Positions 53,601 through 64,000 of a stretch of 64,000 nucleotides of DNA are shown here, in pieces. The stretch is from Octopus vulgaris (taxonomy: Eukaryota): assembly GCA_951406725.2 (NCBI GenBank), contig OX597824.1, positions 25,172,001 through 25,236,000 of the forward strand. Direction: 5' to 3'. The notes beneath the pieces were generated by a model. The model was not told the origin of the DNA. It worked only from the letters and a program-made list of their open reading frames with translations, and searched no databases. Position numbers and translations under genes: made by a program. Within the stretch, counting starts at the first letter, position 1. The number at the start of each line of letters is the position of its first letter.

Positions 53601-55457
53601 CTTAGTTTCAGCTGTTATTTTCCGCAAGGAAAACTGCAGCCATCATCAGCATGGTCCGTTATAAATGTAATTTGCTGGACTAGATGCAAACACGATACCG
53701 AAATATCGCGTGCATGGAGTTCAGCCTATTACATTTGAATATATCTTTCAAATGCCTTTACTTTGGCGCGTTGAAACCCGAGAAAACTAGCCTGCAGCTA
53801 ATAATTAGCAGCAGTTAATTTATCGGTTAGAGAACATATTTATTTATATAAAATTAATTAAGGGTAGAAATTGATATTTATCAATTAAGACCAGTGGTCT
53901 AGCATATTAAAAAAGAATCCGAAGATTAAAATATTTATATATACCAATTAAGGACTGAACACGAAAAGTGGACAGTCAACATGCTAGATATAGACGTCAA
54001 ATCGTCATTCACCACAAAAGATTATGTTCTCAGATCAAACTCAACACAAAACCATAGCAATAAACAAGTGAAAAATATACGAAATAAAATAATTACCCAT
54101 GTACTAACTTAGTTTCAGCTGTTATTTTCCGCAAGGAAAACTGCAGCCATCATCAGCATGGTCCGTTATAAATGTAATTTGCTGGACTAGATGCAAACAC
54201 GATACCGAAATATCGCGTGCATGGAGTTCAGCCTATTACATTTGAATATATCTTTCAAATGCCTTTACTTTGGCGCGTTGAAACCCGAGAAAACTAGCCT
54301 GCAGCTAATAATTAGCAGCAGTTAATTTATCGGTTAGAGAACATATTTATTTATATAAAATTAATTAAGGGTAGAAATTGATATTTATCAATTAAGACCA
54401 GTGGTCTAGCATATTAAAAAAGAATCCGAAGATTAAAATATTTATATATACCAATTAAGGACTGAACACGAAAAGTGGACAGTCAACATGCTAGATATAG
54501 ACGTCAAATCGTCATTCACCACAAAAGATTATGTTCTCAGATCAAACTCAACACAAAACCATAGCAATAAACAAGTGAAAAATATACGAAATAAAATAAT
54601 TACCCATGTACTAACTTAGTTTCAGCTGTTATTTTCCGCAAGGAAAACTGCAGCCATCATCAGCATGGTCCGTTATAAATGTAATTTGCTGGACTAGATG
54701 CAAACACGATACCGAAATATCGCGTGCATGGAGTTCAGCCTATTACATTTGAATATATCTTTCAAATGCCTTTACTTTGGCGCGTTGAAACCCGAGAAAA
54801 CTAGCCTGCAGCTAATAATTAGCAGCAGTTAATTTATCGGTTAGAGAACATATTTATTTATATAAAATTAATTAAGGGTAGAAATTGATATTTATCAATT
54901 AAGACCAGTGGTCTAGCATATTAAAAAAGAATCCGAAGATTAAAATATTTATATATACCAATTAAGGACTGAACACGAAAAGTGGACAGTCAACATGCTA
55001 GATATAGACGTCAAATCGTCATTCACCACAAAAGATTATGTTCTCAGATCAAACTCAACACAAAACCATAGCAATAAACAAGTGAAAAATATACGAAATA
55101 AAATAATTACCCATGTACTAACTTAGTTTCAGCTGTTATTTTCCGCAAGGAAAACTGCAGCCATCATCAGCATGGTCCGTTATAAATGTAATTTGCTGGA
55201 CTAGATGCAAACACGATACCGAAATATCGCGTGCATGGAGTTCAGCCTATTACATTTGAATATATCTTTCAAATGCCTTTACTTTGGCGCGTTGAAACCC
55301 GAGAAAACTAGCCTGCAGCTAATAATTAGCAGCAGTTAATTTATCGGTTAGAGAACATATTTATTTATATAAAATTAATTAAGGGTAGAAATTGATATTT
55401 ATCAATTAAGACCAGTGGTCTAGCATATTAAAAAAGAATCCGAAGATTAAAATATTT
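38636..55457 (-). repeat. Tandem array of 33 full plus 1 partial 507-bp units, each with a hammerhead ribozyme (retrozyme/PLE-type satellite)
   Basis: GGGTAGAAATTG recurs at 38651, 39158, 39665 ... 55383 (33 x 507 + 1). The only differences I saw are one substitution in unit 1 and one extra A near 44280. No ORF of 60 aa or more in the track. Confidence 0.95.
38886..38950 (-). ncRNA. Type I hammerhead ribozyme (first of 33 copies, repeated every 507 bp)
   Basis: Minus strand: CCAUG-CUGAUGA-u-GGCUG[cag UUUUCC uugc GGAAAA uaa]CAGCU-GAAA-CUA agu UAG-UA-CAUGG. Complete core, stems I-III pair, GUA cleavage triplet. Confidence 0.85.
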
Positions 55458-55930
<473 letters not shown>

Positions 55931-55997
55931 CACATACGTTAATAGATCTATATATACATAAATATAAAAACAGACATCCACGCGCGCATACACACAT

Positions 55998-56198
55998 AGC
56001 AGGAATGACGGTGTGGTAAGAAGCTTCCTTCCCAGCCACATGGTTCCGGGTTCAGTCCCACTGCGTGACACCTTGGACAAGTGGCTTCTACTATAACCTC
56101 GGGGCGACCAAAGCCTTGTGACTGGATTTGGTAGACGGAAATTGAAAGAAGACCGTCGTATGTATGTATGTATGTATGTATGTATGTATGTATGTATG

Positions 56199-56278
<80 letters not shown>

Positions 56279-56412
56279 TCCCCCACCATCGCTTGATGCC
56301 GATACTGGTGTCTTTGCGTCCCCGTAACTTAGCAGTTCGGCATAAGAGGTCGAGAGAATAAGTTCCAGGCTACAAAGAATAAGTCCAGGGGTCGATTTGT
56401 TCGACTAAAGGC
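55998..56412 (+). mobile_element. SINE family 1 copy (diverged, expanded internal microsatellite)
   Basis: Homology to 3931-4346. Confidence 0.8.
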
Positions 56413-56419
56413 GAAAGCA

Positions 56420-56959
56420 GTTTCAGCATAAACTTGGCTGACACGTGTCATACCCAAATCTTCAGTGATAATGGACTGAACTGAACTGAACTGAACCGTA
56501 ACTAATCTGCACATTCTCTGAAAACCCACAGATGGTGATTCGACGATTTCCCTTCACAGCTGCACGCATATCTGCCATATTTTTCTCAGTTCTACTGGTT
56601 GTGTGTACCCCAGAACGTTCGACAATATCGACATTTGATTAGTCCTTATTGGAATCGTCTGAGCCACTCATACACTTGTGTTTGGCTCATACACTCCTAT
56701 CCATACACTTTCTGCAACTTTGCGTAGGTCTCTGAGCAAGTGTCGCCATGATAACTTTCTCTATCATGGTCAATGCAACGATCACACGCTACACACCTTC
56801 CATCGAAGCACTGCTGTAAACAGCGGAAGTGCGCTAGAACGTTAAAACTTAGAGCACATGCATAACAGAGTTAAAGCTCAATCTTTGCTAAGCGGCCTTA
56901 CTCTGCGTATTTTAGCTTCGTTACTCTGACACCTGTCCGGATACTTATTGATAAGACGT

Positions 56960-56960
<1 letters not shown>
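56420..56960 (-). mobile_element. Mariner transposon 5' fragment
   Basis: SVQSIITEDLGMTRVS resembles the mariner pre-WVP linker. Terminal TCAATAAGTATCCGGA TIR-like sequence next to (TA)n. Confidence 0.6.
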
Positions 56961-57033
<73 letters not shown>

Positions 57034-57038
<5 letters not shown>

Positions 57039-57250
57039 TAATCCAAACATGAAAACAAAGAGAAAACACAACAACGCGAGGACGTGGAACAAATATAGTA
57101 TTATTGGACGCTCAGGAAGGAAGGGAAGAAGGAGGGTTTTTACATTTCGAGCGGAGCTCTTCGTCAGAAACATAGGAAAAGGAAAGATCCAGAGAAGGGA
57201 AGACGGAGGAAAAAAATCGCCAACGGTACACACGCGGTCACATTTTGAAA
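57034..57250 (-). repeat. Dispersed ~215-bp repeat with minimal hammerhead-like core (copies at 61468-61681 and partial at 36081-36120)
   Basis: Two near-full copies in (TA)n. Minus strand CTGACGAAGAGCTCCGCTCGAAA. Confidence 0.65.
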
Positions 57251-57295
57251 TGCTATGGTTTTTCCATTATTTTCTCCAACCCCTCTATATATACA

Positions 57296-58591
<1,296 letters not shown>

Positions 58592-59017
58592 TATGTCTTT
58601 CGCAAGCCGATTTTTCACATGCGTTCTAACTAATTTTTCCACCGTATAGGCCTAAAAAAGCCCTTCTTGTTGGTTCTCTGTCCAGTTATTCCTTATTTGT
58701 ACTATTTTTTCTACTGTCTTTTCTTCATTTGTATTGCCTTTACGTCCTGTTCTTGTCACTTGTTTTACCCCTCTGCAAAAGAATTTTATTTAATTCCTTT
58801 CGCAAGAAGGACTGCTTCGGCCTGGCCGTGTTCTGTCATTACCTTCGAAACACGCATTGAGCCGAACCAGGGGCAGCTGATGAAGGGGAATTTTCCTTGT
58901 ATTGTTTGTCCTGTACTCTGTTTTTTCGTTGTTAAAAAAAAGTCCGTTTCCTTGTTTGATTTTGTTTTCGTTTCTCGTTGTGGTCTGCGTTTATTTGTGG
59001 TGTCCTGTACTCATATA

Positions 59018-59056
<39 letters not shown>

Positions 59057-59602
59057 TTGTATATATACATGTAGATGTAATTATGTACATATATGTATGT
59101 ATATATGCATATATTTTATTTATTTATTATATTTTTTATTATATGACCGAACGCACGCGTCGTTTCTCTTCGTTTCTCTTCTCCAAGTAAGTTTGTATAT
59201 ATATATATATATACAGGTATTTTCATATGTAGGTATTGGGCGCTCAATTTCATCGTTCGACATTTACGTACGTAGACATGAACTCACATACACACGTGTG
59301 TGTGTGTGTGTAAGTATATGCATGTATGTTTGTATCTTTTTATGTGTTATGTGTGCGTACGCGCGCGTGTGTATGCATGTATATTTACGCATGCATCTCA
59401 GCAAGTTAACCTCACGGATTACATAAGTGCTTGTTCAACATTTTTATCTTATTAATTCACCTTCTCAGTGTTAAACAACAAATTCCAAATATGTTTTCTC
59501 TATTCTATTTATACGATTAAATGAGTCATGTTCCACGTAATAGCCTCTTCTGTGCTTTGATGCCCCTTGTTAATTGAAATGTGGGATCTTCTACTGAGCC
59601 TG

Positions 59603-59673
<71 letters not shown>

Positions 59674-60719
59674 GTCTGTGTGTCTGTCTGTCTGTCTGTC
59701 AGTTTGTCTGTCTGTCTGTCTATCTCTCTAACCCACTCTACAACCTAATCACCACTTCAGTTTGGGATTTGGCTCTTCACCCGGCACCAATGTCTGACAT
59801 TGCATAAATATTTGTAAACAAGTATATCTGTCGTACTAGCGGTATCGTTTGATTTCAATATTAGTCATGGAGAGTTGGCAGCATCGGGCCATAGAAATTC
59901 TGCCGCAATAAATTTCGTCCAACCCATGCCAGCATAGAAATGAAAATGATGAAAATGATGACAATGGCTCATTTTAGAATCAACAATGAAGCTATGAATT
60001 GTAAATTTGAACGAAGCGAAATTTGCACCGTGTGCTCTGTTTTTGGCGCAAAAGAAAATACTATTGGAACATACACACAAGGTGTAGGAAACTTATATGT
60101 ATACCATTCTGCTTACATAATGGAACTGCAGATAAAATATCCTTGAATATCTCACGTCTGTTTTCATTCATCCACTTCACTCTCTATTTCATATCTTCTC
60201 TAGAATAAGTATTGCTTAACTATTTTCTCGCACCGTCTCCAATGAAGGGATATATAAAATATCCCGAAACAACTGTAAGACCTTCTCTTTATAAATGCTC
60301 GGAAATCTTTCACAGCCTTGGATTTTTATCTCATTCGTTTTGGAAGTCACTTGACCCTGTTATCTCCCCTACTGTCCTTCTCGCGTCTGACCACTGTCCG
60401 AAGTCAGGACGCCATGATAGATCGTTAGCTCCTACACGCATTTTTTTCTCTCCTTGTTTCTCTCCTTGTTTTTTTCTGTGTATCTTTCTGTCGAAGAGCG
60501 TATGCTCGAAACGTAAAAGACTTGTTCTATTTCTATTCCTGAGCACTATACTAATACATTTGTTTGTTTGTACTCCACCTGCCTCCGTCTTTTGTTTATT
60601 TTCGTAAACCTTCCCGTTATATATATATATAATATTAATTAGAGACGAAACCACTATTATGCAAATCAAACAAAGAAAGACTTAATCCAATACATAAAAA
60701 TTTTTATATAAATTAAATA

Positions 60720-60764
<45 letters not shown>

Positions 60765-60953
60765 GATAACAAAATAAGTTTGAATTTGCTGATAACTTCC
60801 TTCATTCTCTTCATGTATACAGAAATATAAAATCTGGATTTTTCTACGGAAATGATAGAACAATGCTTGTCTTCTTTCATTTTTTGTCTTTTGCTGTACA
60901 GTCAATCTTTGTCACTGCTTTAGAACCGAGTAATTATATTCTTTTATACGTAA

Positions 60954-61190
60954 GGCGGCGAGCTGGCAGAAACGTTAGCACGCCGGGTGACATGTTTAGC
61001 GGCATTTCGTCTACCGTTGCGTTCTGAGTTCAAATTCCGCCAAGTTTGACTTTGTCTTTCATCCTTTCGGGATCGTTTAAATAAGCACCAGTTACGCATT
61101 GGGGTCGATGTAATCGACTTAAACCCTGTACCTGTCCTTGTTTGTCTCCTCTTCGTTTAGCCCCCTGTGGGTAATAAAGAAATATATATT
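60954..61190 (+). mobile_element. SINE family 3 copy
   Basis: GGCGGCGAGCTGGCAGAAACGTTAG head and B-box GAGTTCAAATTCC. Homologous to 15865-16288. Confidence 0.8.
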
Positions 61191-61421
61191 CTTTTATACA
61201 TGGTGGAACCAAAGTTTTAGGTTCAGAAATTTTTGAACAGTGATAAAGTAATATCCTTATCCTGGTGATCCCTGCTGTACTCTTTCACCACTCTTTCTCT
61301 CTTTCTTATGTTGGCCTGCTCGCTTAGCCAGCGGGGTGGCATCATTTGAAGGCTAAAACAGTGCGAACGCATTGTGACCAGCGATGTGTAAAACATCTGA
61401 TGGTCTGGTCGGTCACGTGAT

Positions 61422-61472
<51 letters not shown>

Positions 61473-62045
61473 TAATCCAAAGAAGAAAACAAAAAAAACA
61501 CAACAACTTGAGGACGTGGAACAAATATAGTATTATTGGACGCTCAAGAAAGAAGGGAAGAAGGAGGGTTTAACGTTTCGAGCGGAGCTCTTCGTCGGAA
61601 ACATAGGAGAAGGAAAGATCCAGAGAAGGGAAAACAGAGGAAAAAAATCGCCAACGGTACACACGAGGTCACATTTTGAAATATATATATATATATATAT
61701 ATATATACTCTATTTTTTCGTCGTTTAAGAAAAATGTCCATTTCCTTGGTTTTGTGTTTATGTTTTCGTTTCTCATTGTGTTCGACGTTTTTTTTTTGGT
61801 GTCCTGTACCCATATATGCATGTATATATGCATGTAGCAGTAGGTACGTACATATATGTATGTATATATGCATATGTTTTATTTTGTTTATAAATTTATT
61901 ATATGACAGAACGCACGCATCCATTTCTAAGTATGTGTGTGTGTTTAAGTGTGTGTGTGTCATAATCTCCTTTTCCCGACTCTTTCATTAATTCGATACC
62001 CTACCTATGTGTATATATCTGTGTGTATAGTGCACGCGTGTGTAC

Positions 62046-62118
<73 letters not shown>

Positions 62119-62149
62119 TGTTTGTGTGTTTGAGTGTGTGTGTGTAAGG

Positions 62150-62266
62150 CAATTTGACGTCTATCTTTAGCATATTAGGAATCCACTTTAGTGGTCATTC
62201 CTCTTATGAATTGTAATATAATTTTTAAATCTTCGGATATTTTTTTTTAATATGCTAGACCACTGT
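62150..62266 (+). repeat. Diverged solo fragment of the 507-bp unit family
   Basis: ATTTGACGTCTAT..TAGCAT..TCCACTTT..TTTTAAATCTTCGGAT..TAATATGCTAGACCACTG matches the reverse complement of the array unit. Confidence 0.7.
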
Positions 62267-62331
62267 GTGTGCGCGTGTATACTTTACGTATGTGAATGCG
62301 TGTTGGCATTTTATCATGCATGAAGATATAT

Positions 62332-62512
62332 ACTCTTTTTACTCTTTTACTTGTTTCAGTCATTTGATGCGGCCATGCTGGAGCACCGCCTTTAATCGAG
62401 CAACTTGGCTTTGTAAGCCCAGTACTTATTCTATTGGTCTGTTTTTTGACGAGGACATAAACACACCGGCATCGGTTGTCAAGCAATGCTAGGGGGACAA
62501 ACACAGACACAC

Positions 62513-62567
<55 letters not shown>

Positions 62568-62732
62568 TACGACAGGCTTCTTTCAGTTTCCGTCTACCAA
62601 ATCCACTCACAAGGCTTTGGTCGGCCCGAGGCTAGAGTAGAAGACACTTGCCCAAGGTGCCACGCACTGGGACTGAACTCGAAACCATGTGGTTGGTAAA
62701 CAAGCTACTTACCACACAGCCACTCCTGCGCC
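62332..62732 (-). mobile_element. SINE family 1 copy
   Basis: Reverse complement of 3931-4346. Confidence 0.85.
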
Positions 62733-63149
62733 TATTTGATAGAATTTAAAAGAAACCTTTCTTCAATACAACAATTCGATCCCGACATTCCATAAACCTC
62801 AAACTTTATTTGTAAACAAAGGATGACGAGCTGTCAGTGACTAACTACTTTTTCTTTATTGTCGTTAACCCATACCTTCGCTTTTTCTTGGAAACTTTCT
62901 TTCTTTTTCCTTTTTTTTTTGTTTATTTCACACCTCCGCATTTGCTCCAACTCTGCAGTACTAAAACCATTATATCCTTATATGTACATGTATATGTATA
63001 TGTATATGTAAAAAATTACAACTGGGACAAGAACGCAAAACATTTAGAAGACGATACAAAAAACACGGACGGGACATTCGAAGCCTTCAATCTTCAGTCA
63101 AGAACCGGATCATCCTCGCAATTTCGGCTGATTAATCTGTACATGTACA

Positions 63150-63467
63150 TATATATCTGATCTCTTTATGTGTGTGCATGCATGAATGCATGTAGGTGAA
63201 ACTATATGTCTGAGTGCTTGTGTGTGTGTGTGTGTGTCTGTAGCTATTTATGAGATACTCTTCAAATATTCCTTAGCCCAAAGTTCCAGTTCAAAACAAA
63301 CTACATTATCTGCTTAGAGCATATTAATTTCTTCTTTCTCTTTTTCCCTGAATTCATTTTGTCGCTATTTGTTGCTATTTGTACATATTTACATGCATGT
63401 TGTTTATGTGACTGCGAATGTGCGTGTATGGGGGAGTATATGTACGTATCTGTAAGCGTGTATGTAC

Positions 63468-63515
<48 letters not shown>

Positions 63516-63579
63516 TCAGGAAAGACAAGGAACTTATGTCAGCATCATGACGAACAAAAACTTTATATACATATACATA

Positions 63580-63658
<79 letters not shown>

Positions 63659-63904
63659 GTACATACACGCTTACAGATACGTACATATACTCCCCCATAC
63701 ACGCACATTCGCAGTCACATAAACAACATGCATGTAAATATGTACAAATAGCGACAAAATGAATTCAGAGAAAAAGGGAAAGAAGAAATTAATATGATCT
63801 AAGCAGATAATGTAGTTTGTTTTGAACTGGAACTTTGGGCTAAGGAATTTTTGAAGAGTATCTCATAAATAGCTACAGACACACCCACACGTACACACAC
63901 ACAT

Positions 63905-63935
<31 letters not shown>

Positions 63936-64000
63936 AGCACTCAGACATATAGTTTCACATACATGCATTCATGCATGCTCACACATAAAGAGATCAGATA
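63150..64000. repeat. Long inverted repeat (~360-bp arms, ~100-bp spacer), runs to window edge
   Basis: TATCTGATCTCTTTATGTG...GGGGAGTATATGTACGTATCTGTAAGCG mirrored at 63650-64000. Confidence 0.9.

Noticed and set aside
38636-55457. CRISPR array or coding tandem repeat
   Set aside because: Units are identical 507-mers with no unique spacers, no cas genes and no long ORF, in a eukaryotic context.

Overview
AT-rich, microsatellite-laden eukaryotic (metazoan) genomic DNA. The tRNA-derived SINE families look like those of octopus, so a cephalopod source is inferred. The left half (1-30.3 kb) is a cluster of intronless, SAM-less SAMHD1-like HD-domain genes built by tandem and inverted duplication. 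It holds two intact ORFs with substituted catalytic residues, one copy with canonical HD motifs but a +1 homopolymer frameshift near its start, one copy cut by the window edge, and two pseudogene fragments. These sit among R4/Dong-type LINEs, a Penelope-like element, SINEs, Tx1/L1 fragments, a Helitron and Tc1/pogo/mariner DNA transposons. The right half is dominated by a ~16.8-kb array of 33 near-identical 507-bp units. Each unit carries a complete type I hammerhead ribozyme on the minus strand, and the array ends in an in-place inverted segment, so it is a candidate retrozyme / Penelope-mobilised self-cleaving RNA array. Other hammerhead-bearing repeats and long palindromes flank it. All calls come from reading the sequence by eye; no searches or folding programs were run.
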